From assembly GCA_001512545.1 (NCBI GenBank), contig LFSI01000061.1, forward strand, positions 1-63,383: a stretch of DNA of 63,383 bases. Reading direction: 5' to 3'. Positions 10,221 through 21,421 of this stretch are shown one piece after another. The position numbers were made by a program, and so were the translations under genes. The notes below the pieces were generated by a model. That model saw nothing but the letters and a program-made list of their open reading frames with translations, was not told the origin of the DNA and searched no databases. Each line of letters opens with the position of its first letter. Position 1 is the stretch's first letter. The stretch is from Clostridia bacterium DTU065. Lineage in GTDB: Bacteria; Bacillota; DTU065.

Positions 10221-10942
10221 TATTCTCCTCCCCCAATCAATGTTCCAATTGATTCACCCATAACGGCCTTCAAGGCACTTCCCTGTTTGTTAAAGTCAAA
10301 AACAATAATGGGAATATTGTTAACCATACACAGCGACGCCGCAGTAGCGTCAATCACCTGCAGACCTTTGTTCAAAAGATCAAGATAGCCGATCTGATCG
10401 TACTTAGTTGCGGTAGCATCCACAGCTGGATCTGCTGAAAAGACGCCATCCACGCCGCGTTTGGCCATGAGAATTACTTCTGCCTCGATCTCGGCAGCTC
10501 GCAAAGCTGCCGTGGTGTCGGTGGAAAAATAAGGATTTCCCGTTCCCGAAGCAAAAATCACCACACGTCCCTTCTCCAGGTGCCTTACGGCTCGCCTCCT
10601 GATGTAGGGCTCTGCGATCTGTCTCATTTCGATTGCGGTCATGCACCTGGTGTCAACGCCGTTTTGCTCCAGAGCGTCCTGAAGACCCAAAGCATTGATT
10701 ACTGTGGCAAGCATGCCCATATAGTCAGCTTGAGCGCGATCCATGCCTTTGGCACTGCCCCGTGCGCCCCGCCAAATGTTTCCTCCACCTACAACCAGTG
10801 CTACTTGTACTCCCGACTCTGTAAGTTCTTTGATCTCTTGAGAAATACGGTGCAGTACGGCAGGATCTAGTCCATAACCCTGCTCTCCTGCCAAAGCTTC
10901 GCCGCTCAGTTTCAGCAGAACTCGCCGGTATTTTGGCTCCAT
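10220..10942 (-). CDS. pyrH: UMP kinase
   Basis: [29 protein letters not shown]. Confidence 0.98.
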   Translation of the reverse strand: MEPKYRRVLLKLSGEALAGEQGYGLDPAVLHRISQEIKELTESGVQVALVVGGGNIWRGARGSAKGMDRAQADYMGMLATVINALGLQDALEQNGVDTRCMTAIEMRQIAEPYIRRRAVRHLEKGRVVIFASGTGNPYFSTDTTAALRAAEIEAEVILMAKRGVDGVFSADPAVDATATKYDQIGYLDLLNKGLQVIDATAASLCMVNNIPIIVFDFNKQGSALKAVMGESIGTLIGGGE

Positions 10943-10970
10943 GTTTGCCCTCCTGTTCTCTCCTTGAATA

Positions 10971-10995
10971 ATTCTCTTTTTTAGCTTAACATCCT
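10971..10995 (-). promoter_or_regulatory. Candidate SigH-type promoter upstream of pyrH
   Basis: - strand AGGA-N17-GAAT, matching the SigH consensus. Confidence 0.5.
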
Positions 10996-11005
10996 TGTGT
11001 ATTGC

Positions 11006-11036
11006 AAAAAAAGGAGAACACTTGAGGTGCTCTCCT
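11006..11036 (-). terminator. Intrinsic terminator after tsf
   Basis: AGGAGAGCAC/GTGTTCTCCT stem followed by a T run on the - strand. Confidence 0.8.
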
Positions 11037-11042
11037 AATTTA

Positions 11043-11966
11043 TTACTGATTGGTCATTTTGGCGACCTCAGCTGCCAGATCGTCAACTTTTTTCTCGATT
11101 CCTTCGCCGCGCTCGAAACGCACAAAGTCGAGAACTTCGATATTCGTACCGAGACTCTTGGCAACTTGCTTAATATAGGCATCAACTGTCATTTTATCCT
11201 CGCGGATGAATTCCTGCTCCAACAGACAGACCTCGCTGTAGTACTTGCTCATACGACCGTCAACGATCTTGTCAACGATTTTCTCTGGCTTACCTTCTTG
11301 GAGAGCTTGAGCTCTATAGATCTTTCTCTCTTCTTCGAGCTTCTCTGCACTCACCTGATTGCGGTTCACTACCTGGGGATTTGCAGCAGCGATTTGCAGT
11401 GCAAGGTCTTTCATCAGCTCGGTGAAGGTTTCGCTCTTAACAGCGTCAGCGGAGTCAGCTTTGGCATGAACCAGAACGCCGATCTTACCGTTTAGGTGAA
11501 TGTACGATGTGATGTTCTCGTTTTCCGATGCTGCCTCAAGAACTCTAAAGCGACGAACTGTGATGTTTTCTCCGGTGTTTGCGATTTTGGACTTGAGGTA
11601 TTCCTCGAAAGTTGCACCATCGTAAGCGAGCTGCATCAAAGCAGCGGTATCTGCTGGCTTCTCTTTCATAATGAGCGCGATAGTCTCACTCACCAATTCC
11701 TTGAAACCATCGGTGTTAGCAACAAAGTCGGTCTCGCAGTTGATCTCTGCGATAACTGCTGCGTTGCCCTCTACCAAAGTATCTACCAAACCCTCAGCTG
11801 CAATGCGGCCGGTCTTCTTGGCTGCAGCAGCCAGACCTTTCTCACGCAAAAGTTCGATAGCTTTATCGATGTCCCCACCTGTTTCTGTGAGTGCCTTTTT
11901 GCAGTCCATCATTCCAGCACCAGTTCTCTCGCGCAACTCTTTTACCATTTCTGCAGTAATAGCCAT
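11043..11966 (-). CDS. tsf: Elongation factor Ts
   Basis: [30 protein letters not shown] 11966 follows AGGGAGG. Confidence 0.98.
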   Translation of the reverse strand: MAITAEMVKELRERTGAGMMDCKKALTETGGDIDKAIELLREKGLAAAAKKTGRIAAEGLVDTLVEGNAAVIAEINCETDFVANTDGFKELVSETIALIMKEKPADTAALMQLAYDGATFEEYLKSKIANTGENITVRRFRVLEAASENENITSYIHLNGKIGVLVHAKADSADAVKSETFTELMKDLALQIAAANPQVVNRNQVSAEKLEEERKIYRAQALQEGKPEKIVDKIVDGRMSKYYSEVCLLEQEFIREDKMTVDAYIKQVAKSLGTNIEVLDFVRFERGEGIEKKVDDLAAEVAKMTNQ

Positions 11967-12047
11967 TTGATAGCCTCCCTTCGTTAAAAAAAGGGGTGAA
12001 GAATTATGCACTAAACTCCACCCCGAAAGCGGTCAAGTTTGAAGACT

Positions 12048-12818
12048 TTACTCTTCGTCTTCTTCTAGATCTGCACTGTCGTAATCGATGACTTCTTCGA
12101 CCTCTTCTTCAACTTCAACGGTACCAAGTGCATCTCTACCTTCTCTGCCTTCGATTACCGCATTGGCCACAATCGAAGTAATGAGTTTGACAGCGCGGAT
12201 AGCATCGTCGTTACCTGGGATCACGTAATCAACTTCATCAGGATCACAGTTAGTATCTACAATTGCAACAGTTGGAATTCCAAGCTTTCTAGCCTCGGCA
12301 ATGGCGATTCTCTCTTTACGAGGATCGATAATGAAAATCGCTCCAGGCAGCTTGTTCATACCTTCAATACCGCCGAGGTATCTCTTCAGCTTCTCATACT
12401 CTTTCTTCAGCTGCTGAACTTCTTTCTTCGGCAGGCGTTCAAAGCTACCGTCGTTAGCCATAGCCTCGAGCTTCTGCATATGCTTAACGCGAGAACGGAT
12501 GGTCTTGTAGTTTGTCAGCATACCGCCCAGCCAGCGCTCGTTGACGTAGAACTGACCGCAGCGTTCAGCTTCCTCTTTGATAGTATCCTGTGCTTGTTTC
12601 TTGGTGCCAACAAAAACAATGCTGCCACCTTCTGCAGCAACTGAACGAACGAAGTCGTATGCCTCTTCGATTTTCTTAACAGTTTTCTGCAGGTCAATAA
12701 TGTAGATTCCATTGCGCTCGGTGAAGATGTAAGGCTTCATCTTAGGGTTCCATCTTCTTGTCTGGTGACCGAAATGTACGCCAGCTTCGAGCAACTGTTT
12801 CATTGAAACAACAGCCAT
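12048..12818 (-). CDS. rpsB: 30S ribosomal protein S2
   Basis: [32 protein letters not shown] 12818 follows AAAGGAGG. Confidence 0.99.
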   Translation of the reverse strand: MAVVSMKQLLEAGVHFGHQTRRWNPKMKPYIFTERNGIYIIDLQKTVKKIEEAYDFVRSVAAEGGSIVFVGTKKQAQDTIKEEAERCGQFYVNERWLGGMLTNYKTIRSRVKHMQKLEAMANDGSFERLPKKEVQQLKKEYEKLKRYLGGIEGMNKLPGAIFIIDPRKERIAIAEARKLGIPTVAIVDTNCDPDEVDYVIPGNDDAIRAVKLITSIVANAVIEGREGRDALGTVEVEEEVEEVIDYDSADLEEDEE

Positions 12819-12937
12819 GAAAAATTCCTCCTTTAGTTTTTCCTCCTCTAGCATCATTTCTTAGAAGAAACCGGCAAGCGGCACTCTCTTCCAGATCCGC
12901 CAGAGTGTGTGGTTTAACACCGTTGAAAATTATACCA
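12819..12937 (-). promoter_or_regulatory. rpsB extended -10 promoter and structured 5' leader (probable S2 autoregulatory leader)
   Basis: TGgTATAAT at 12937-12929, then a ~105-nt leader containing CACACACTCTGG...GAGGAGG. S2 leaders are known; the fold was not computed. Confidence 0.55.
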
Positions 12938-13113
12938 TATCGATTTGCCTTTAACAAGGGGACAAACCACGCCGATCCGTCTGTATTTTGTCCCCTCACT
13001 TGTAAAAGTAAATCTACCCCTTAAGAGACGTGTAGTAGAACTGACTATCAAAACCATAGGAGTGGCTCCTGGTAAATTTGGTCAAGAGTACGCCCCTACT
13101 TGTACCCAAAATG

Positions 13114-14043
13114 CTACTCAGGGAGAAACCTTAAGACTCGCAGGTTCCAGAGCATGGGCTTGATCTGGACCGGCTCACCTTGCAAAGCCCTGTCAAATAG
13201 CTTGATAGCTTCTTCCAGGCGATAGTTCAGCATGGCTTCCCCGTTTTTTGCGCTGGCAAGCTTGGGATCGCCCATGTAGGGTTTCATAGGGTTAGAACTG
13301 ACCCAGGCCAGTGTGTTTGCCAGGTGTTCTAGATCGCGGCCGGCCTGCTTGGCTCCAACTTTCATCAGAGAGCGGGCGAGCGCCAAGACCAGTTTGGCTC
13401 CCCCAGTATGCTCTGCAGGGAGGGATGGGTCCAGTTCCGAGTAGTTCTCCCTCACCTTTTGGGGGCATGAGGCCAGCATTAGAGACGTTTCGTTGGTACC
13501 TGCGTGGCTATCCGGATCATCGCCACAGTTGCCGGGACCAAGACCTGTTCTCTCAAAAAGCTCCTCATCGTGCTGGACCATTCTGCGAAAGACAAGGTTA
13601 AATGGGTCTATTAGGTAGAAGCGGTGCTTTTTCCACAGAACTGCTGAAGCTTTTGCGATCGCCAGCTGATGCCTGGGCCCTCCGTGGTTATCTGCAATAA
13701 ACAGGTAGCGAAAACCCTGTTTGGCCAGGCCTTTGCCGTAGTCGATCAGGATCTTCTCCAAAGCAGTTGCCCGCACAGAAAGCGACCCTAAAGATGGTAG
13801 TGCATCGGAACCGACATATAGAGGCGGAAGCTTCACCAAAGACAGGTCGGGGTGCTTTTCTCGCAGAACTTTGGCATACCGTCCTAAAAGTTCTTCTGCG
13901 ATGAACACGTCGGTGCCTACGGGAAGATGGTACCCGTGGACTTCAATTGGACTTACGCTCATTAAAAACACAGTCTGAGCGGTATCAAGCTGCGAGATCT
14001 CAGTTTGCGTCAACTCGACGTACTCCAACAAATCACTGGACAT
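13114..14043 (-). CDS. Creatininase/creatinine amidohydrolase family protein
   Basis: SPIEVHGYHLPVGTD, DNHGG, DSHAGTNETS. Likely start ATG 14043. Confidence 0.88.
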   Translation of the reverse strand: MSSDLLEYVELTQTEISQLDTAQTVFLMSVSPIEVHGYHLPVGTDVFIAEELLGRYAKVLREKHPDLSLVKLPPLYVGSDALPSLGSLSVRATALEKILIDYGKGLAKQGFRYLFIADNHGGPRHQLAIAKASAVLWKKHRFYLIDPFNLVFRRMVQHDEELFERTGLGPGNCGDDPDSHAGTNETSLMLASCPQKVRENYSELDPSLPAEHTGGAKLVLALARSLMKVGAKQAGRDLEHLANTLAWVSSNPMKPYMGDPKLASAKNGEAMLNYRLEEAIKLFDRALQGEPVQIKPMLWNLRVLRFLPE

Positions 14044-14219
14044 CTTTTTCTTCACACCTTCTTCATGGTTCTTACTGTAAAGGTTCAAAACAGTTCCAAA
14101 AATCCCTGCATTAGAGGCTGTCATCCTAATGAAACTAGCCTTTCTTCCCATAAACACCAACAAGCTTCCTGCCGAGACAAAAAAAAGACACAAGAAGGAG
14201 GTACCTTCCTGTGTCACTA

Positions 14220-14684
14220 TTATCTTGTCAATTCTCTGATTACCGTATAGATGTCCAGAGGACCGTAGGTTATGTCAAACTTGTAGTCCCTAGCTTTGAT
14301 TCTTGCTGTAAGCTGCATTTTTGTAAGCTCGTCGATAAAAAGGTCTGCATCCTCGATAACACCCAGGTTTTCGAGGTCAACAGCAACGGCTTTCGCACTG
14401 GTCCCGGACCTAACGGTGTAGTGCTGAATCTTCTCTTCCAATGGAGTCCTCGGTATTTCAGGGGTGTCCAGTGAGAAGTTTTCTTCAGCCCCTGCGTGCG
14501 CGGCAGGATCCACAAACGGTGCCTCAGGAACTCCAAGGTCTTTGGGAAACACCATCCCCAGTTCTTTCGCTCTGGTGATTACAGCGTTGTCTTCGGGCTT
14601 TGCCTGCAGGCTCGCCAGCCAGATTATGGAGACGAAGATAATCCCCAGACCAAGGCCGATAAAAAAGTCTTTTCTCGATCTCAA
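14220..14684 (-). CDS. Membrane-anchored hypothetical protein with MltG/YceG-like N-domain similarity
   Basis: N-terminal TM, RAKELGMV, 'VRSGTSAKAVAVDLENLGVI'; typical position at the end of Bacillota fla operons. Confidence 0.65.
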   Translation of the reverse strand: MRSRKDFFIGLGLGIIFVSIIWLASLQAKPEDNAVITRAKELGMVFPKDLGVPEAPFVDPAAHAGAEENFSLDTPEIPRTPLEEKIQHYTVRSGTSAKAVAVDLENLGVIEDADLFIDELTKMQLTARIKARDYKFDITYGPLDIYTVIRELTR

Positions 14685-15124
14685 TGCTTGTCACCTGCCT
14701 CATATAAGGCGAGAATGAGCTCCACTTCACCTTTACCGATGTTAAGTCTTGTTGCGATTTCTTCAACGTTCAAGCCTTTAGCCCTGAGGCCCAAAACATC
14801 CCTGTGCTTTTGGGGAAGATGCTGCGTTTTGCTTTCGTCTTTTTCGGGGGCAAGAGGAGTGCTTAGTGCATCCTGAAGGGATGTGAGCTTGGTGATAGTC
14901 GCTTCCAGTCTCTCCCCAGCAAGACTCAAGTTGCTCTCTAGCTCACCGAGAAAGTCGTCAAGTTTTGCGTTTAGGTCGTCGTGAAAACCGGTGAAAGAAG
15001 ACGCAGTTTCAGAGAAAGACCTATCGGCATCGCCTTTCTTTTTTTCCTGCGAAGGTATTTTTTCCGGAAGAAGCAGAGCCAAGCCAACGATTAAGACTCC
15101 TACTCCTAGTAGTATGAATGGCAA
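14681..15124 (-). CDS. Membrane-anchored coiled-coil protein with C-terminal HTH-like motif (DUF6115/YlxL-like)
   Basis: N-terminal TM; C-terminal 'GLNVEEIATRLNIGKGEVELIL'. Confidence 0.65.
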   Translation of the reverse strand: MPFILLGVGVLIVGLALLLPEKIPSQEKKKGDADRSFSETASSFTGFHDDLNAKLDDFLGELESNLSLAGERLEATITKLTSLQDALSTPLAPEKDESKTQHLPQKHRDVLGLRAKGLNVEEIATRLNIGKGEVELILALYEAGDKH

Positions 15125-15142
15125 CGTGGTCCACCTACTTTC

Positions 15143-15466
15143 TCAAATCTTGATGTCGATTCTTTTACCCAAGTTTTCTGGTTCGATTACTCCAATATCG
15201 TCTGGGTCTTTTTTATCGCCTTTCTTTTTTCCCTGGTGTCCATACTGATTCTGTCCGCTCGTCTCGTCTTCTTTGAGTCTAACCTGCTCCATATCGCGCT
15301 GCTGGGTTTTGGTCACCTGCGTAGAGTTTTTCAGCGTTTCCTTGAAGTTGGCTGAAGACACCAGCTGACTGTTGACATTGGTTCTGTTGTCCCTTACCGC
15401 TTCTCCTTTTTGGATCTCTTGGGAACGAGGAAGCAAAACCTGCATATCAGCGGGTTTGATCGACAT
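15143..15466 (-). CDS. Conserved hypothetical protein downstream of sigD
   Basis: MSIKPADMQVLLPRSQE...LGKRIDIKI pattern; good SD (GGGGTGAGG). Confidence 0.7.
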   Translation of the reverse strand: MSIKPADMQVLLPRSQEIQKGEAVRDNRTNVNSQLVSSANFKETLKNSTQVTKTQQRDMEQVRLKEDETSGQNQYGHQGKKKGDKKDPDDIGVIEPENLGKRIDIKI

Positions 15467-15497
15467 GTGAACCTCACCCCTTCAGGATCAATCGAGA

Positions 15498-16238
15498 CTA
15501 AAAGAACAACGCTTTCTTGCGGCCCAACCGTCCTCTCATCCGCAAAATAGCTTTTGCATGGAGCTGCGATATTCGGGATGTAGACAGTTCCATAATCCCT
15601 GCTATCTCCGTGAGAGACAGTCCTTCATAATAATGCAGTGCCAAAACCAGGCGTTCCTTTTCTGGAAGCTTCTGCAGCGCGTCCACAATCAGTGCCTTGA
15701 TCTGTTTTTTCTCTAACTCGTCGCTGATATCCTCCTTCGCCGGCAGCGTGTCCATAACGACCTGAGTCTGACCTTCACCGTCGGTATAAACGGGGGTCTC
15801 TAGAGAAATGACCTCCCTGTGCACATCTTGAATGATCTTGCGGAACTCAGCGACATCTATGCCAAGCCGCTCTGCCACCTCTTCGTCTGTGGCAGGTCTT
15901 TCCAGCTTGACTTCCAACTCATCGTAAACACTAGCAATGACCTTAGCCTTCCGTCTTGCGCCTTCGCTCAGCCAGTCGTCTTTCCTCAGACCGTCCAGTA
16001 TAGCGCCTTTGATGCGCAGTCTGCCGTAGGCTTCAAACGGTACGCCCCGCTTAGGATCGTACTTGTCCACAGCGTCGACCAAGCCAAGGTACCCCAGGCT
16101 TTCCAGATCGGCTTCTTCAATGTGGCTGGGTAGAGTTTTGGCAAAACTCCTTGCCATTTCTTTCACAAGATACATATAGCGCTTGATCAGTTCTTCCCTG
16201 CTCTCTTCGACCTTATCCTGTGAAAGCATATACCCCAT
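15498..16238 (-). CDS. fliA: Flagellar sigma factor FliA/SigD
   Basis: GLVDAVDKYDP, RIKGAILDGLRKDDW, LSTSRISQLHAKA. Start is ATG 16238 or 16229. Confidence 0.95.
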   Translation of the reverse strand: MGYMLSQDKVEESREELIKRYMYLVKEMARSFAKTLPSHIEEADLESLGYLGLVDAVDKYDPKRGVPFEAYGRLRIKGAILDGLRKDDWLSEGARRKAKVIASVYDELEVKLERPATDEEVAERLGIDVAEFRKIIQDVHREVISLETPVYTDGEGQTQVVMDTLPAKEDISDELEKKQIKALIVDALQKLPEKERLVLALHYYEGLSLTEIAGIMELSTSRISQLHAKAILRMRGRLGRKKALFF

Positions 16239-16245
16239 ACCTCCT

Positions 16246-17127
16246 TTAGCGGAGCATCCGCGCCATCTTTCCCAGCAGGCTTTTAAGCCCACCGGCTTCT
16301 TTGCCCGGAATGCTGGCTTTAAGGTTGCCCTGCATTAGGTAATCTGAAGCGGCTCTTTTTATCGCAAGGGAACTCTTGGCGTTTTTTTCGTAGAGCAGTA
16401 GGGGTACTTGTGCCCTAACCGCTTTGCTTACTGTAGTATCAAAAGGAATGATTCCGATTAAATATAGATCCTTTTCGAGAAAATTCCTGCTGACTTTGTG
16501 AAGCTTCGAGAAAACCTCTTCTCCATGCCTGGTGCTGTCGGCTTGGTTTACCACCACGCCAATAGGTAGATCTGCACTCCCCCGATGAATCACTTTAATG
16601 ATATTGAAAGCGTCTGCAAGAGAAGTTGGATCCGGTGTCGTGACCACCACCACTTCCTCTGCAGCAAGGGCAAAGCTCAGTACCTGTTTATTAATGCCTG
16701 CACCAGTATCAATAATGAGATAATCGAAGTATTCATCCAACACCGGAAGGGACTCCAAAAGCACCCTGAGTTTCCTTTCATCGATGAGTGCAGACACGAT
16801 TCCCGATCCCCCTGGGATAAGGAACACACCTCCGGGGCATTTGAGGATGATCTCCTTCAAAGTCTTCTGACCGCTAATAAGGTGTGTGATGTTGTATGGT
16901 GCGGTAACTCCCATCAAGACATCAAGGTTTGCTAGACCCAAATCAGCATCGAGTATCCCCACTTGAAAGCCCATCTGTCTGAGGGCAAGGGAAAAGTTGA
17001 GTGAAAAATTGCTCTTACCTACACCGCCTTTGCCGCTTGTAACTACAATGGTTTTGGTCTTGCGCGAAGGCTTTGTCGTACTGTTTTTCCCTGTCATTCT
17101 GCGCAGTCCGTCTGCTTGGTCCTGCAT
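16246..17127 (-). CDS. flhG: MinD-like flagellar number regulator FlhG
   Basis: MQDQADGLR, SGKGGVGKS, DADLGLAN; follows flhF. Confidence 0.93.
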   Translation of the reverse strand: MQDQADGLRRMTGKNSTTKPSRKTKTIVVTSGKGGVGKSNFSLNFSLALRQMGFQVGILDADLGLANLDVLMGVTAPYNITHLISGQKTLKEIILKCPGGVFLIPGGSGIVSALIDERKLRVLLESLPVLDEYFDYLIIDTGAGINKQVLSFALAAEEVVVVTTPDPTSLADAFNIIKVIHRGSADLPIGVVVNQADSTRHGEEVFSKLHKVSRNFLEKDLYLIGIIPFDTTVSKAVRAQVPLLLYEKNAKSSLAIKRAASDYLMQGNLKASIPGKEAGGLKSLLGKMARMLR

Positions 17128-17129
17128 CT

Positions 17130-18230
17130 TCAGCCCTCCAAAATCAGATCCACGACGAAGTCTGCATCTGGAACCTTCAGATCCTCAGGAACTCTCTGAC
17201 CATTAGTGATGTAGCTGAGGGGCAGTCCGGTAGTCCGCAGTAAGTCAAACAGCATACCGTAGTTGGCTGCCTCGTCGATCTTGGAGTAGATCAGGTGCGT
17301 GACACCGATGGGCAGGAAAGCTGTAAGGATGGTCTTAAGGCTTTCTTGTCTCAACGACGCATTCACCACCAGATGCACTTCATCGGGTTTTCTAATCTGG
17401 ACGAACTCCCGAAGTTCGCTTAACTGGACCAAGTTCTGCTGGCTCCTGCCTGCAGTGTCCACAAAGACCAAATCCATATCGGCAAAGCGCCTGAGCGCTT
17501 TAACGTACTCTTCCTTATTGTAGGCGACTTCAATGGGGATGTTAATGATTTCAGCATAGGTCCGCAGCTGCTCCACAGCTGCGATGCGGTATGTATCTAC
17601 GGTAACCAGACCTACTTTGAAACCTTCCTCCAGATGATACTTTGCTGCCAGCTTGGCGATTGTCGTGGTCTTGCCGATCCCTGTGGTGCCAACCAGAAAG
17701 ACCACTTTGGGCTTTTTCTCTTCTGTAACCTCGATAGGACCACACCTAATCCACTTCTTCATAACTTTCTTGATGTCGTCGGAAAAATCGGCGTTCCTCT
17801 GCAGATCCAAGCCTTCGTAGATCAGTTCCTGGACGATGGCGTCTGCAGAGTCGGGCTGCATCCCCGTATCAAGGAGCATCGACCTGATCCTTCTTATGGG
17901 CTCCTCGACGCTGCTTCCACCTCTACCGTTGTCGTCGTTTTTGATACTCTGGAGAACTGTTTGAGCTTGCAGGGACTTTACCATTTCCTTAAGCTTTTCC
18001 AATTCCTTTTTGGTCCCATCATCGTTTTGAAGCGGTGGCACCACAAAAGGCTGCTGCGGCGGACTTTCTAGGACTGCTGTTACCTCTATCATAGCAGGCT
18101 GGAACAGTCCCCTGAGCCCTTTCGCCCGGACTTTCCTGGTCTCTAAGATCAGGGCATCGGGGCCTAGCTCCTGTTTTACCTTATCCAGTGCCTGTTTTAC
18201 GTCAGGCGCCCGGTACTTTTTAACTTGCAT
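17130..18230 (-). CDS. flhF: SRP-family GTPase FlhF
   Basis: VKQELGPDALIL, GTTGIGKTTT, DTYRIAA, DTAGRS. Confidence 0.96.
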   Translation of the reverse strand: MQVKKYRAPDVKQALDKVKQELGPDALILETRKVRAKGLRGLFQPAMIEVTAVLESPPQQPFVVPPLQNDDGTKKELEKLKEMVKSLQAQTVLQSIKNDDNGRGGSSVEEPIRRIRSMLLDTGMQPDSADAIVQELIYEGLDLQRNADFSDDIKKVMKKWIRCGPIEVTEEKKPKVVFLVGTTGIGKTTTIAKLAAKYHLEEGFKVGLVTVDTYRIAAVEQLRTYAEIINIPIEVAYNKEEYVKALRRFADMDLVFVDTAGRSQQNLVQLSELREFVQIRKPDEVHLVVNASLRQESLKTILTAFLPIGVTHLIYSKIDEAANYGMLFDLLRTTGLPLSYITNGQRVPEDLKVPDADFVVDLILEG

Positions 18231-20295
18231 TGACTAGCTTCACCATCCCTACACCTTGGACCTGTACGCTTGGATCGATCTCATTGTAACTAATTACTTT
18301 AATACGCGGTATGGCATGCTCCACAAGCCGGTAGAACGCCAGCCTAACTTGGGGAGATATGAGAATAATCGGCATAATACCTCTGCCTGCGACATTCTCT
18401 ATTTCTTTACTAATACCATTGAGAAGGGACTGCCAAACATCAGGGGGCAGTGCCAGACTCCCGGTCTCCTGCTCTGTTTTCACCGCATCGAGGAGAATCT
18501 CCTCGATATCAGGACTTACGGTAATGACCTGAATGCGGTTTTTGTCATCAGCAAGAGATCTTGTGATCTGTCTTCTCAGACCCTGTCTAACCATCTCTGT
18601 TAGGTAGTCGGTGTCCTTGCTGATTGCAGCGTAATCTGCCAAAATCTCGCAGATTTCGATGAGGTTGCGGATGGATACTCCCTCTTTCACCAGATTCTGC
18701 AAGACCTTTTGAATGTCGCCTAAAGACAGAGGTTCAGGAGTAAGCTCTTCGATAACTGCAGGTGCGTTTTCCTTGACGGTGTTAATGAGGTTTTTAACCT
18801 CCTGCCTGCCGATGAACTCCTGAGCATGGTTTCTCAAAATCTCGGTGAGGTGGGTTGCTAGAACCGAGGGCGGATCCACAGTGGTATATCCAGCAAGTTC
18901 TGCTTCTTCCCTGTCTTTTTCGGGAATCCACAAAGCCGAAAGTCCGAAGGCAGGTTCGGTTGTTGGAATACCGTCTACGGGAGTGAGGACCTCCCCTGCG
19001 TCCATTGCCAGATAGTGATTGGGCATCAGCTCACCTCTTCCCACTTCTACACCTTTGATTTTGATCACGTAGCTGTTGGGAGGAAGCTGGAGGTTGTCTC
19101 GGATTCTGACGATAGGCAGAACCACGCCTAAATCCAAAGCCAACTGCTTTCTGATTAAGGTGATGCGGTCCAGAAGATCTCCGCCCTGTTCCTGATCGAC
19201 GTAAGGAATGAGGCTGTAGCCGATCTCCAGCTCAATGGGGTCGTACTGGACGATACCCAGAACCTTCTGGGGCGTTTCCGCAGCATGAAGTTCTGCTGCC
19301 GTCTCTTCCTCTGCCTGTTTGGCACTCTCCATTTGTGCAGTTCTACTTGTGAGGTAGCCAAATCCTGCAAGTAAAAGGGCAATAACCAGAAACGGCACGG
19401 TAGGAAGACCCGGTACTAAGCCTAGAACCAAAAGCAGTACCGCAGCGATATAAAGTGGCTTGGCTTGAGTAAACAGCTGTACGTTAAGCTCGTGACCTAG
19501 GTTGCTGTCTGATGCAGCTCGCGTCACCAGAATACCCATAGCAGTTGACATCAGAAGCGCTGGGATCTGTGAAACCAGTCCGTCGCCAACGGTTAGAAGC
19601 GAATACAGCTGTAGAGATTGCTCCAAGGACATCCCTCTCTGCAGTACTCCGATAAGCAAGCCGCCGATAACGTCGATAATCACGATAATGATGCCGGCGA
19701 TAGCGTCGCCCTTAACGAACTTGGAAGCACCGTCCATGGCTCCGTAGAAGTCCGCTTCTCGTTCTACTTCCCGGCGCCTTTCCTTGGCCTGTTCATCGCT
19801 GATCAGACCAGCATTGAGGTCGGCGTCGATACTCATCTGCTTACCCGGCATAGCATCCAGCGTGAAGCGGGCGGCAACTTCTGCGACGCGCTCTGCACCT
19901 TTGGTAATAACAATGAATTGAATGATGACGATAATCACAAAGATCACAAAGCCAACGATGGCGTTGCCTCCCACAACGAAGTTGCCGAACGCGGTGATGA
20001 TTTTTCCCGCATTGGCCTCAAGGAGGATAAGCCTTGTTGAAGATACGCTGAGGGACAAGCGGAATAGAGTCATAATCAAAAGGAGGCTGGGAAACACTGC
20101 AAAGTCCAGCGATCTGGTGATGCTCATGGTGAGAATCAAAACCAGAACCGAAAGGCTGATATTTACAGCCAAAAGAAGATCCAATACTCCGGGGTTCACG
20201 GGGATGACAAGCAGCAGTACTACAAACAGAACTGCAACTACAGAAACGACTTCGCCATACTGACTCAATCGCAAAAGCCGCTGCAAGAGATTCAT
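18220..20295 (-). CDS. flhA: Flagellar export gate protein FlhA
   Basis: RVAEVAARFTLDAMPGKQMSIDADL, FYGAMDGASKFVKGD. Confidence 0.98.
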   Translation of the reverse strand: MNLLQRLLRLSQYGEVVSVVAVLFVVLLLVIPVNPGVLDLLLAVNISLSVLVLILTMSITRSLDFAVFPSLLLIMTLFRLSLSVSSTRLILLEANAGKIITAFGNFVVGGNAIVGFVIFVIIVIIQFIVITKGAERVAEVAARFTLDAMPGKQMSIDADLNAGLISDEQAKERRREVEREADFYGAMDGASKFVKGDAIAGIIIVIIDVIGGLLIGVLQRGMSLEQSLQLYSLLTVGDGLVSQIPALLMSTAMGILVTRAASDSNLGHELNVQLFTQAKPLYIAAVLLLVLGLVPGLPTVPFLVIALLLAGFGYLTSRTAQMESAKQAEEETAAELHAAETPQKVLGIVQYDPIELEIGYSLIPYVDQEQGGDLLDRITLIRKQLALDLGVVLPIVRIRDNLQLPPNSYVIKIKGVEVGRGELMPNHYLAMDAGEVLTPVDGIPTTEPAFGLSALWIPEKDREEAELAGYTTVDPPSVLATHLTEILRNHAQEFIGRQEVKNLINTVKENAPAVIEELTPEPLSLGDIQKVLQNLVKEGVSIRNLIEICEILADYAAISKDTDYLTEMVRQGLRRQITRSLADDKNRIQVITVSPDIEEILLDAVKTEQETGSLALPPDVWQSLLNGISKEIENVAGRGIMPIILISPQVRLAFYRLVEHAIPRIKVISYNEIDPSVQVQGVGMVKLVNAS

Positions 20296-20322
20296 CTCGA
20301 TCTTCTCCTTTCTGTAAATATC

Positions 20323-21417
20323 CTAAATAGATTTCCGCTTGAGTTTGTAGACGAAAGCTAGAACTTCAGCTACAGCTTTGTAGAGTTCCGGAGGAATAAG
20401 CTGACCAATCTCGGCAAGCTTGTAGATGGTTCTTGCAAGCTCCGGTCTTTCAACGATGGGAACGTCGTGTTCCATGGCGATCTCCTTGATTTTGGCAGCG
20501 AGAAGGCCTCTGCCTTTTGCCACGACCTCAGGAGCACCTTTTTCCGGTTCATATCTAAGAGCTACAGCAACGTGAGTGGGGTTGGTGATCACTACATCTG
20601 CTGTGGGGATCGCCTGTACCATACGGGCTCTAGCAAGTTGTCTCTGCTTGGCACGGATCCTGGCCTTTATCTGGGGATCTCCTTCTGTCTGCTTGTACTC
20701 TTCCTTGATTTCCTGCTTGCTCATGCGGATGGACTTTTCATACTCCCACCACTGGAAGAGGAAATCCAAAATGCCGATGACCAAAAGGAGAAAACCTACT
20801 TTTACGCCCACATCGGAGATGGCATCAACAATCAGATAGAAAGCATCTGCCAGGCTCACCTGTCCTAAAGTGAGCACTTTTGCGGCATTGGCCGCTAAGG
20901 CGCCGTAGGCTATGTAACCGACGATCAAGACCTTAAGCAGCGACTTTAAGAGGTTAACCAGAGACCTCTTAGAAAACATGCGCTTAAGTCCTTCAAGGGG
21001 ATTGATTCTTTCAAACTTCGGCTGCAATAGGCTGGGAACGTAAAGCGGACCGGTCTGCAACACGTTGATAAGGACACCTGCGACGGCAACGATCAGCATA
21101 AGAGGCAAAGTGAAAGCCCCGATGACGAGGATGCTTTTAAAGAGGATGTCCGTCACGGTGTGATAGGTGAACTGATCGATCTGTGAAACCGAAAGTGAAC
21201 TGGCCAAAAAGCTCAAAGCGTAACCTCGAACGATCTCCAGATACTTGGGCAGTATGGAAAACGATACCAAGATAGAGACAGCAACAACCAGGTCCTGGCT
21301 TTTAAACACCTGGCCTTTTTTGCGTACGTCTCGCCTTTTCTTGGGAGTAGCAGGTTCGGTTTTCTCTCCTGCAAAAAACTGCAGGTTGATCCTTACTCTC
21401 AGCTCTTCCATAAACAA
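20323..21417 (-). CDS. flhB: Flagellar export protein FlhB
   Basis: EKTEPATPKK, EGDPQIK, autocleavage motif NPTH. Confidence 0.98.
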   Translation of the reverse strand: MFMEELRVRINLQFFAGEKTEPATPKKRRDVRKKGQVFKSQDLVVAVSILVSFSILPKYLEIVRGYALSFLASSLSVSQIDQFTYHTVTDILFKSILVIGAFTLPLMLIVAVAGVLINVLQTGPLYVPSLLQPKFERINPLEGLKRMFSKRSLVNLLKSLLKVLIVGYIAYGALAANAAKVLTLGQVSLADAFYLIVDAISDVGVKVGFLLLVIGILDFLFQWWEYEKSIRMSKQEIKEEYKQTEGDPQIKARIRAKQRQLARARMVQAIPTADVVITNPTHVAVALRYEPEKGAPEVVAKGRGLLAAKIKEIAMEHDVPIVERPELARTIYKLAEIGQLIPPELYKAVAEVLAFVYKLKRKSI

Positions 21418-21421
21418 ACCC